Origin: Magallana gigas
Taxonomy: Eukaryota
Length of the DNA stretch: 64,000 nt
NCBI RefSeq assembly: GCF_963853765.1
Contig: NC_088856.1
Coordinates: 38,936,001-39,000,000, forward strand
Reading direction: 5' to 3'
Under the pieces are notes generated by a model. That model searched no databases. It saw only the letters and a list, made by a program, of their open reading frames with translations, and was not told where the DNA came from. The position numbers and the translations under genes were made by a program. Positions 24,331 through 36,408 of the stretch are shown here, one piece after another. Position 1 is the first letter of the stretch. Each line of letters begins with the position of its first letter.

Positions 24331-27300
24331 TGTGTTACAGTCACCTTACCTCTTCAAGTCTACTGCACTAGCACTATATTTTACATTTTGTTAATTAGAA
24401 ACAGGGAAAAATTAAATACGCAATAGCATAAAGACTTATCTACAAATCTACATGAATTTATTTCAGAATTTAGTCTAATACGCCCTACAAAAGTACAGGG
24501 AAATTATTTCAATCAGCAGGAAATGCTTTACAATTAATAAAACTTTGCATAATATTACAACATGTGTGTAGAGGGGAACAACACTGTTTTAATTCGAAGT
24601 TTTTGTTTGTTTGTTTTAATTTTCCTTTGGTATTTGTTGTTTTGGGTATTTGGTTTTTTTTTGGTTTTTTTTTTTTGGGGGGGGGGGGGGGTTGTTGTTT
24701 TTTTTTGCAACGTCAACAAACCTTTATATAAAAACAAATTACCGTTATTATATAACGGTTGCAAATGTTTTAAGTATGCGCAATATGTTTTGGGCAACCC
24801 AAAGAATTTTACTCTTTTTTAACATTACTGGGGACAATTTATATATTGTATAAGGAATCAAGCTTTATATGTCTTCGTGGAAGATAAAAGAGCCTCTTGC
24901 CAAATTGTTAACATGTGTTTGGCAAAATTTGCTCAAGAAAGTATAGCAATGCGTGTCCATATTCAGAGGAAAAGTTGAGGCTTTTTTATGCTAGACCATG
25001 CCAGCGTTAATTTGCAACATAACCTCACAACTAAGTTGCTGATGGATGTATGAACCCCTTTAAAGCCGATAAACATCTTTGTCAATGTTGTTGAAGAGAA
25101 AATGTTCCCCTATAATAGAACTTTGAAATAGCATTTGGTTCATTTCATTCACTGATCGATATGGTGTGACACAAGTTCTTATTTTGTACAGCATATCGAG
25201 AAAATCGACATAATAAGTGAACAGAAACAAGTATGAAAAGGGGAATTAACTGACCAGAAAATCAGAGTTCGAGAAGTTATTTAGTTATATGGATAACCAA
25301 GACATATTGCCCCATGACACAGTTTAATTTGCTTTCTTCCTAAAATCAAAGCCCGGGAATATGTGTCAATTTAGGATTAGCCTTACGCTGCTTATGAAAG
25401 AAACACACACCAAGGTAATGATAGGGAGACATGCATATTTAAGCATGCCCATTTTACCATACACAGTCGAGATGGGATAAAATAAATTAAATGATGGTTG
25501 TTTGTTGCTGGAACTAATGACTTTACTTTAGTTCCAGCAACACCTTTGTATGTAAATGTAAACGTGCCTACTTCCCGGGTAAAGACATTTGCAAATTTCA
25601 AATCATAATCTTATCACTCAAAAAAGATTGTATAAATAACATATTATATACTGTAGCTTAATAAGGGAAAACAAATTTCCAAAAAAAAAAGCTGGTGGAG
25701 TTTTTTCTATTAATACAAGTGTTCAAATTGGATTCTCAGTTACATCATTAGTACTGAAATTATGATATTCAAACATTTTCCCCATTTAAGAGGCCTTTGG
25801 TTGTCTATATACAGAATAAAGAAATTTGGTTGTTAGTATACACCAATATGAAAGGCCATTTTGACAAAATTAACGTCATTTTCATGAAGACCAACACATT
25901 CCATCAAACTTAGCACAACCTAATTATGATAGATATGTTTGCTAGACCAATTCGTTATTTTGTATTGTTATTTCTTTCCATCAAAGAGACTCTGAGACAA
26001 AAAATGATGAAATCTGGCTGTCCACCATCAATCTCTCACCAGAGGGCGAATTACGCTGCGCTACAACACCTCTGTAAACGTCTAAATGCCAAGGATCTTG
26101 ACAAAACCCATTCTCAATCATGATATTATAAATTATAGTTTTAAATGTATTCAGTCTACATTTCGATGTTAAAGCCTCGCTAAAACTATTGAAATAAAAA
26201 AATTTGTACCGGTAAATCACGGTAACAAACAAAGAACTATTTCTCGGAGTAATACTCCATTACCAATGTTTTCGTGGCACTACTTTTTAGACGTTAACAG
26301 AGGTACCGGTATAAGTGGAGCGAAGCAGGAACGATAACTCTGGGTAGAGATTGGTCCACCATTTTTAACTATTTATCGCGATCAACATTTTTTGTTTGAC
26401 TCAGCACACTTTAGATAAAATGCTATGCTGAACGATTGTATAATCGTTTGTTGCCTTAATTTTTAAGACTTAAGAGAATTATAGAATTTGTCTGTCGACC
26501 AATTTGACCGCCATTTTGACCTAATAAACGCCATTTATGTCATAGTAAGCATATTTTTCAGACTAAGCACGCCTGAATTAATATGCAAAAATAATTTTGC
26601 TGGATTGAATTATTACTGTTTTTTATGCACGCGGGCATGTTAAAGTATGGATTTTACAGCGATGTGTAGAAAGTCACTTGTCACTACTTCATACGAAATG
26701 ACGTCATAATTAACTTTGACGTCACGATCTGCATTCCTGTCGATAGTTCTTAGGGAATGTATCTTAACGCTAAAAGTGAATATTATATCAAAAATATAAA
26801 TCCGCATGTTTCCTTTACGTAGGTGATGCCATTACATGTAATGCTAGACGTACAGAATTCATTCATATTAAAAATCAGTATCAAATAATCGGCAGTTTTA
26901 AAGCTTCGTTTTAAGTTTAAAGACTATTTATAAACTATGGTTTGGAGACTCTCCCTGCTACGTGTAAACAACTGAATGAAGAAATTTTAATGCATGTAAA
27001 ACCAGCTTGGCGCAGGTGAAAGATCAACACAATTTTAGAATATTTTACGTAAAATTGGTAGAGAATATAAGTACCAATATGAATATTGCTTGTGAAACCT
27101 ACGGATTTACATCGCTTTTGATTAGTAAAAATGTGCATTATTTGATTGATTTTGTGGAATGTTCCAACAATATTTTCCATTAACGAAATATCTATTTCTT
27201 TCCCAAGCAAGAACTTCAGTGTATATGAAATAACAAAGGATTTTTCTTAAAAATATGTATGATTTAATGCCATTTAATGTCATTAATCACCTGCGCCGAT

Positions 27301-28492
27301 GCGATTTAAATAGATCATTTGCAAGGATTCGCCCGTCACGTGATTAAAAAGAACATATGACGTAACAAAAATGCATCAAATATAATTTAAACATCGGTGT
27401 CAATAAATGAAACATAGATTTTAAGAAATACCCTCGGTCAAAGTATTTTTGCGATGATTCAAATAATATCGTTTTCCAGCCGTAATTTAGCATCGTGACG
27501 CCTTAACATTGCTGCGCATATTCCCTAGTTTAAATTTTTGAAATTATAAAATATGGGTATTTGCCATTTTGTATCGCCATGTTTACCCAATTAACGCTTT
27601 TTTGGGAAGGCCAGCAAATTTTTTCAAACTTTGATATAGATATAATAAAATACTAAGCTGGATCATTTCATTATTGTTTGTCAATGATGAAAAAACTTTA
27701 AGAAAAAACTATAAAATTACGTTGTCCGCCATTTTGAATCGCCATTTTGAGCTACTTAACGTCATTTTCATGAAGGCCAGCATATTTTTTGGAATCAGCA
27801 CACTTTAATTATGTTAAGAAACCATGCTGGACCAAATAATAATTATTTGCCGTTAAAAGTTTGTTTTTCGACTAAATCGGACTAGACTATGATATATTGT
27901 TAAATAATGATTTACATGACGTAAGATTATTTAAAAAACTGAATTTAGTCTTACCCCTTTATGCTATTGCAGCAGGTTTCAGTCAATGCTAATGTCAGAA
28001 TAATCAATATTGAAACATTTATGGAAAACCAATTGTCCAAACGTACTCCCATTGTGTTACAGTCACCTTACCTCTTCAAGTCTACTGCACTAGCACTATA
28101 TTTTACATTTTGTTAATTAGAAACAGGGAAAAATTAAATACGCAATAGCATAAAGACTTATCTACAAATCTACATGAATTTATTTCAGAATTTAGTCTAA
28201 TACGCCCTACAAAAGTACAGGGAAATTATTTCAATCAGCAGGAAATGCTTTACAATTAATAAAACTTTGCATAATATTACAACATGTGTGTAGAGGGGAA
28301 CAACACTGTTTTAATTCGAAGTTTTTGTTTGTTTGTTTTAATTTTCCTTTGGTATTTGTTGTTTTGGGTATTTGGTTTTTTTTTGGTTTTTTTTTTTTTT
28401 GGGGGGGGGGGGGGTTGTTGTTTTTTTTTGCAACGTCAACAAACCTTTATATAAAAACAAATTACCGTTATTATATAACGGTTGCAAATGTT
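21047..28492. repeat. Near-identical tandem duplication, two units of ~3722 bp (about 21047-24769 and 24770-28492)
   Basis: ORF-track entries recur at an offset of 3722. By eye the units differ at one substitution (21766 C vs 25488 T) plus homopolymer lengths. The left edge abuts a short (TA)n run. Confidence 0.95.
27955..28052 (-). CDS. Second, identical copy of B1 exon 1 (signal peptide), alternative first exon
   Basis: ATG at 28050-28052, MGVRLDNWFSINVSILIILTLALTETCCNSIK-GG|GTAAG donor, phase 2, compatible with the acceptor at 18048. Confidence 0.7.
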
Positions 28493-31400
28493 CGGGCTGA
28501 TATAATCATTAATAGTTTCAAAAGTACTAAAACGATCATTACTTACTCAATACTCAGAAAATAAGTTTCTAATACACAATTATTCATGATTCACGATATC
28601 AAGTAATTTGGTATAAATGTGAATATTACTAATAAAAGTATCCAGTCCTAGTATTGAAGTTATAAGTACATATACCTGCAATACGAACAGTTTGACAGTA
28701 TATAAATATACTCTGCTTGCTCGTGCTTCCTTTTCATTCGCGTTGTAAAGAAAAGCAAAGAAATCAAAGACGTATTATAAATATAACATCAAATTGAACT
28801 CGTTATATTCCCGCGTTTAAATGCACAGGTGGATTAAGCATTGAAATGTTCCCTCTGATAAATGCATTACACTTTAAGTTACGTTCACAAGCACTACGCC
28901 GTTTAGTATAGACCGCGATTCCCACCCTATACATAGTTGTATGATTTATTTATGGTTCAGATAAGAGGATGATGAACATTTGCAATGTAAAGCTGTCATA
29001 TCTATTCAAACATACATTTCCATTGCAATATAGAACGGGATATACAAAGTGGGGAAAATAAAACATCGGCAGGAGTGAAGAATGGCCAAGAGAGACAATT
29101 TGTTATGCATTGAAATATTTTTGAGTCTTATGGACAATCGGAAGCAAATATCCAATTATTTTAGCTCACCTAATACCAATAATGCAGCATGTAACCAGGA
29201 CAACACATTTAAATATTCTTATGCAATGGGGTTTTACTTTTGTGATGCTTGTAAAAGGGTAGGAGGTTTTTGAAAACAAGAGTGTAACCCCTGGATTGGG
29301 TTAGAGATTATCCTTTTTAAAAAAGATATACTTCTATTTTGTAATTTTGACAAGATTAGTTGACAATGAAAACAATCATTTATAACTCATGCTGCGCTCA
29401 ATTAAAATATCACATAGTAAAGCATTTCATTAATGAAAGTTTCCGTTTTCAACGTAATATCTAATTGCTTTAGATTAAATTTCTCCATAACAGGAGGAAG
29501 TACGTATTGAGTGAGTATCATGTTGGTGTTTAGAATCAATAAGATCAGAAATCATAGTTGGTAAATAATTAATGAAAGTATTAGAGATGTTGCAATTTTT
29601 TTTTTTTTTTTAATTCAGGATATCAGCTTAAGGTTTCTTTAATATTTCATTCAAGTTTTTTAAGATATGCATACATGTGAAAATCTATGCTTATACATAC
29701 ATAACGATGGCCATCTATATAATACAGTTTTTTAAATTAAAAAAAAAGGTTGTTCATTTAAACAATGTAGTATGAAGTACAGTCGTTCTTTTGACGCTTT
29801 CAAAAGATTGTCCTTGACTTTTTTTCTCATTGAGATTTTTTATTTAAGAGATTGCAATTGTGCTAGATAACACCTTACGTGATTTACAGCTGAGGGCACT
29901 GACGTTCATTTGTTCATATTTTAATTTATATTTATTACATTTTCGCCTTTGTGATTATGTACAGATCTTTTCTTGGTATTCTTTCAGAATCATAAGGTAA
30001 AATATCATGAAGAAATAAAAAAAAAAACGACTTAAACCCATTTGTAGGAATTGTTACGTTCGAATTCTTAAAGCCCAGTGTTTATGCAAAACGTAAAATA
30101 ATTGCATGTGATCCGTGCAACATTTCGTACATGAACTAAAATTCTGCAAAATGAGATTTCAACCCCGAAAGGTTATTTGTATTGGACAACAGGTTCTATA
30201 AATGGCAGTCTTTTACGCACTTAATTAAACACCAGATGATTCAACAAAATCGAAATGTATAAATTACAGAAATACAACGACAATAGTATTATTATAATAA
30301 TTCACATTAAGTGTTAATATTGAATGCGTATTCTATTATTTCTAATCTGATGTATTTGTAAAATATTATTCAAACATTCAATAGATAATTTTTATGGGGA
30401 CTGTGATCATGTACGTAAAACCATCACGATATGAACGATTCCTGATTTAACTCTTTTGTAATTGCAAATCAAATGTTCGCTTTTTCAATAAACAGAACGT
30501 TTGATACATATTTGGTAATCTAAACTAATTTCCTGTTAATATCAATATGATCATTTTAAAGAGTAGAGCATTATTATTTCCGCAATTAATTTCAGTTGTA
30601 AACACTTTAGTTTTATAATTTAGGACAAAGTTTAACAAAGCGACCATTGTTAACCTAGTTAAGATATACAAATAAATAAAATGTTGAAACAAACATCGAT
30701 CTTTGTAACACAAAAAAATGTGCAGCATTAAATTTATGATGCACTGACATTTTTGACATTCAACTGTTTTTCTGCTTTAAAAAGGTAAATTGGAACCACT
30801 TTTTCCAGCGTTGGTACCAATGTGTTCAAACTTCTATTTTAATTTTAGATGAGTGAATTTGCTCCGTAAATTAGCATTTGATGAATTGTATTTTGGTACA
30901 AAACATGGTTTTGTTTGTTTGTTTGCCTTTTTTATTTTTTTTTTCTGTTTTCTGGTTTGTCCTTTTCAGGTTATCAAGCAGATGTATGAAAATTGTTTGA
31001 CACATGTTTGACACACTTAAAAACAAATACATACATTGCATATCTGAGACATGATGTAGCTTCTCTTGGGAAAGCACATTCTGTATTTCTAAGTGTCTGT
31101 AAGGGACGATGGAATGGGGAAAAAATGTTTATACAGATGAACAAAGACTGGCCTGGCAGCTGTTACTGAGCTGTTTGTCGGAAGTCACAGACGATAATAT
31201 TATGTGGAATTATTTATAGAATCTGACCTATTTCTCGTGCGATTTATATCTGTTGATATCAATTTCCGAAAACTTAGTGAATATTACCGTATCAAAAAAC
31301 ATGTTATGTTGTTGGCAATAACTCTAGATCTGTTAAATAGTTAACGTCAGTTTGTTCTGTCCTTTTTCCGACCTGTTTCCCACAAGTAGGGTTCTTTCAC

Positions 31401-32261
31401 ATATCAAATAACATAAAGATAGGGCAAGCTTATACAAACCATTCGATATATCTAATTCCGAACCTAATTTACTGTTGATGTCATAGTGCAAAACTCACTA
31501 ATTTTCGAAGACAAAATCATTTCCAGAAATAAAGTTAATGTAATATCCATGCGGAAACTTTTCATTAGAGTTACTGTTTACATCAGATATAGTAAAACAT
31601 CAAGAGTTGTGTGCAGTTTTGATGCTTTTTGGTTCTTCCTGGCTCTTTGGGTCAATATAATTAGTCATGAATAATCATATACTTATCTAGTATTATCAGT
31701 TTTAAGATGTGATTATCTGTTTTAAGAATCAATCTCTCTGCTTATTTTTAGAGGTGAACATTTCATTTTTAATCAAATCTTGAACACGTGTCCTTTTTCC
31801 CATGTCTCGAACAATTTTTCGCTTAAAAGATATGTCATATGATATTAAACTTTCAAGATTTGGAAGACCAAAATATTCCTCATTGTTTAAAAGGAATAAA
31901 TACGTGAATTGTAGAAAGGAAACACTTCAATTATTAGTTCAATTATGAATCACAAAACTACATCATTTTTAATGCTAGTCAGAATGGATTCTAAGTCCTT
32001 TTATTCCGACTCCTGATTAATAAATCTTCCCCTACATCATAATATAATAAACCACATTAATAAAAGTTGTCAGTTTTGAAATTCTTTTTTATAAAATTTT
32101 ATGAATATCAAATAAATCACTAGGATGATTACTAAAACGTGATGTAACAAAGAGAAACAGTAGAGTAATAGTATTATAGTTAAAATCTTTCGCATCGGAG
32201 GCCCATGGGCCACACTGTTCACCTGAACAATGCCCATATACCATGTTTATAAAATACACTA

Positions 32262-32346
32262 TATGGGTGTGACCGGTCAGCAGAGGATGTTCACTCCTCC
32301 GAGGCACCTGCTCCTGCCTCTGAGGCTTTCTAGAGGTCCGTGATTG
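32262..32346 (+). repeat. SINE-like short interspersed repeat fragment
   Basis: GGGTGTGACCGGTCAGCAGAGGATGTTCACTCCTCCGAGGCACCTG...GAGGTCCGTG; its 3' half matches 4873-4924 in the opposite orientation. Confidence 0.55.
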
Positions 32347-32602
32347 ATCTGCTCTAGATAATTAATTGAAAACCTAATTGTCCATGGATTTTTTTTCCGT
32401 TTTTTCCGAGTATGAAATTTTCTGCAAATGACAACATTTTCCCCGATATTGACTTTTTTTACCGATATTACATTGGGATTCAGATTGAGACATCATACTA
32501 TGTGATATTTAATCTGCAATTTTAATTTTGTCCAACCAAAATAGTTCAATTGTATAATTTCTGATTATTACTGGACTGGATCGGAGATCGATATCATATA
32601 AA

Positions 32603-33058
32603 TGGACTCCATTAGACGCATCGGAGGCATGTCCGTTATTCCCTCGACTGTGTGAGGATGAAATCCGGGAGCTGATTCTTGGTGTATACCAGTGTGAATT
32701 GGTCCGCCCTTACACCCAAGAACATTGTAGTCATGATTGAAGTTATGACATCCTTGTAAGCAATGACGTACCAATGATCCGTTCTGCAAAAATATAGAGT
32801 CGCCACATCTCTGCCTAACGCTACAAGCTTTGGATCAAGTACAGCGAAAGTATCTTTGAAGGGTGATATTGCACATGTAGTAACGGAAGTAGAGTGGTTG
32901 GCACGTGTGCTCACATTACAAGTGTGATATGGTGTCTTTCTTATATGCGACATGAAGCCAGCCCGCTCAAGGGCATTCCAAACTGGGCAGATACAATCGA
33001 GGATGCTTCAAGGATTCCAACAATTGACGAATCGGACAGTGATGAGCCAGAGGAATAA
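32603..33058 (+). pseudogene. C-terminal fragment of an ISL2EU-like transposase with a SWIM zinc finger
   Basis: One frame with 4 internal stops: FPRLCEDEIRELILGVYQ...YTQEH...AKI*SRHISA*RYKLWIKY...G*YCTCSNGSRVVGTCAHITSVIWCLSYMRH...DESDSDEPEE*. The CxC...CxH SWIM pattern is visible. Family assignment is from recalled motifs. Confidence 0.7.
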
Positions 33059-34079
33059 CAATTTTATTATGCATCCAATTATTTCTGCAACTTTGTTTTT
33101 AAATAAATTATTTTTATGATTATTTTTTTCAAGTATGTTTGCATTAATGCAATTTTTAATGCAATTTTTATTTATTGACATATACCATTGAACGTCAAAA
33201 AATTCATTTCTTGACTCCATTTTAGTGCATCTTTTAAATCATTACCTCATCATTTGAGACATCCCCTGTGAAACAGTGAAACGTTCCTTAGAACGAGTTG
33301 GGTCTGTTAAACATGAATGAATGTTAAAAATTTGTACATTTCTTAATTGGTTTTCTTAAATGTTTAGTGCTTTTAATCAATATTTTGCCCTAAAGAGGAT
33401 CATTTCTCATTTGCCTAATTGAGCATATTATCTTTTATAAAGATTGTATTAAAGTCCCCTTAAATTGTGTAAATTGAATTGTCTTTTTCTTGTAGGTGGG
33501 AGGGTCCGGCGGAGTTGAATATTATAAGATGCGAAACCATCTTCACTTTTAAAACACACATTCCAATAATAGATGAAGAGAAAAAAATATTAGATAGGAA
33601 AAAACAGCAAAGTAAACAAGCTATATATTTCATTACTAATAGTTTTAAAAAATTCTTTGCACGTATCGTTTTATTATATATCTATATATAAACAATACCT
33701 AAATTTATGCAAATAAAATTGAAGATGAAATTTAACAGAAACTAAATGAAATTAATAAAGAAGCCGATAATGATAATTGATGTTTTCCTTGAAGTCATTT
33801 ATGAATTTATGAATATTAATTCTGAACGTACGTCATAACGTCATCGAAATACTATAAACGACGCTATGTTTGAGGGACTACAAAATGAAAACGATAAAAG
33901 ATATTCACAAAAAACAAACTGTTTTACAACCAGCATATTGTCAAGGTATCCCATTTTAAATTTTATTAATTTTGGTTACAGGGCCGATTATGCGTCTTGC
34001 CGTGTCAATTCTTTAGCACTAAACCAAATTTTACCTTTTTTATGCTGAGAACTCAAAAAGGCAAATCACTTTCATTGCA

Positions 34080-35859
34080 TTAAACTACTATATTTGAGAT
34101 CACTTCATAATGAACTGGTTCAGATAATCTGTCATTTGGACATTGATAACTATGCTTTTGAGAATTACTTTTGTGTATCATTTTGAGTATAAAAATAATC
34201 AACAGTGCTGTCAAAACTAAAACAACTATGCATATCATTGTAATTGACATGCTTTTTGAGTTAAACCAGGTACTAAATTGTTACTCATATTGTCCATTGC
34301 AAATGCAGATATTATGTTGAAAGGAGTAGCTCTTTAGTCTCTCACATCATCTTTCGCGTAAACCTCATTTGTTGTTTCATCTTCTATTAAAAAGTGCGAA
34401 CATTATTAGCATCTTTTTAAAAAAAATCTGAAGATATATCTTTAGACAGCCTACAAAAAAAATGAAAATTTAGCAGGTGGTAAGTGACGACACAAGCCTC
34501 CTTTGATAGAGTTAAAAGGGGCAAAATTGGTAAAAATGTCTTTGCAATTTTTTTCAAAACTATCGCTTGATTAACTATACAGACTGACAATTGTGAAAAA
34601 ATCAAGAGGTGTATTGGCCACATGTTTTTCTAAAAACAAAAATTAAATGGTATCCCTTATTGATCAATTTTGGACTATTCCTCAGATATATAGGCAATCA
34701 CTTTGGTGCAGGTAGTACCATCTCATGACAGCTCATTACCTTTTTATGCAATTCCACTGCATGCATTTCACATACCAGAGATATAGAGAATCATTCTAAT
34801 GAAATGATATCATGATTTTTGACTATCATATCTAAACATTAAGAAGAAACATATTTATGTAAATTAACAGTATCAAACTGTACCTTCCTAATAGCTCAGC
34901 AAATTGCTGAGTACTTAAAAGCTAATTATTTGGTTTGTAAACTTAACATCCCGGCCGTTTTCTATTAAATTCTATAATTAACTTACTTATGTATGACATC
35001 TCAACTTATTCAATCATTTATTAATTGTATTCCCAATATTATCGTTAAATACAATCTAAAATATCCAATGCAAACACATTCGACCACTTTGAGTAAAGCA
35101 ATTCGACATTGTACTCACTTGAACAACCTTTGCAAAATCACATACTTCCTTAGAACAGTTACACATTTGTTGGCAACCATAACCAAACATAGGATATATA
35201 TAGGTTATGTTACAATTTATTCCATAAAACCCCGGCTTACATCCTGAAATAGAAAACAATAAGAAAGTAGGTTAAAACTTTGTTTAATGCTCTTATACAA
35301 TCATCTGCATGGCTTTATACCGTCCTGTTGTTTGTTTTTTTTATAGTACGAACGTGTCAAAGATATTTAAAAATTGTAAATGGAATATGTATGTTTTACT
35401 TAATAAAGAAACTGCACCCTGTGTTTTAAAAAATAAGCTTACTTGTACAGTGTCCTTGAATTTTGTCCCATTCATAGTTTGCACAACAGTTATTGAATCT
35501 GAAAAATGTTTTTACTTATTTACAAAGATACACTACATGTACCAAAGTTAAAATGTACATTGAAATATCTCTGTTGATCTGATTAATGTATCTGAAAGAT
35601 CTCAAAGTTCAAAACTGTATAGTCGTTGTTTATTCATCGTTTGTCAAAGGTAGATGATCGAAATTGACAATCAACTTCTCAGCTATTATAACAGATGTAT
35701 ATTTCAAAATGCAAAGCCTTAAAGTCAATATGAGACAATAATACGTATTACAGTAAGGATGACGATGATCATAGCACAAAACGAAAAATCTTATCCTTTT
35801 TCTTGGCACAGAGTGGCGTAGGTTTCAGCAACAAAAATCATGAAAATCAACATGACCAT
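34080..35859 (-). pseudogene. Gene A2: pseudogenised paralog of A1
   Basis: Exons 35795-35859, 35443-35498, 35119-35243, 34080-34383. Lesions: exon-1 donor GT>AT (35794), Cys>Tyr and a 1-nt deletion in exon 3 (125 nt), TAC>TAA at 34334-34336, and a ~46-nt frameshifting deletion at 34280/34281. The TM and EPVHYEVISNIVV* coding remain recognisable. Confidence 0.85.
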
Positions 35860-36019
35860 GTCAGGAGAAAGAAAATACCATATAAACTCTTCGTTACTTT
35901 TCCAAAATAAAAACAGTTTGTGTCGACATAACAATGAGAATTCAACACATTTCAAAGTGAAACTATTTCCCTAAACTTGTTTCATAGCGAAACACTGTAC
36001 ATTTATAATAATGGTTTTT

Positions 36020-36408
36020 ATTTTATGATATATTAATTTCAAGTTCTCTGATTGGCTCATATTTAACGTTGTAGTAAAAACAGAACTTAATACTCGTCTG
36101 CACGTGACCTGGGAGGTCAATATAACATTTGATGATTCTCTACATTGGACTGAAAATAGATCGTCCGATTTTTCGGTTATGGTTTTAAAGTAAAATCTTC
36201 GCTTTATAACACCCAGTTTTATATGAAAATATCAATTCGTCGCAAAATCATATGATAATATAATAATTGCTTGTTTTTTTTCGATCAATACGATTATTAA
36301 GTTACCTTCGAAGTAAGATATTAACCTCGCCCCCGGCATGGTGAATATTGTACTTCTCAGGTATCTAAACCATCGTATTGACCTTAAAAATAAGCAATAA
36401 TTGTATAA
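36020..36408. mobile_element. ~390-bp insertion upstream of A2, absent from the A1 copy, with a subterminal inverted repeat
   Basis: The A1 empty site reads GGTTTG-TATTGCGATC. The insert carries an IR, ATTGCTTGTTTT..GATCAATACGAT (36266-36294) / ATCGTATTGACC..AAATAAGCAAT (36372-36398). Confidence 0.65.

Larger units (their letters stand above)
8560..33990. repeat. Segmental tandem duplication, unit 1 (A1 + B1 cassette)
   Basis: Collinear homology, including intergenic DNA: 8560-18660 with 34015-45925, and 27872-32000 with 47165-51100. Boundaries are approximate. Confidence 0.8.

Noticed and set aside
32568-32953. Minus-strand ORFs 32568-32789 and 32636-32953
   Set aside because: Antisense to the stop-interrupted transposase frame on the plus strand.
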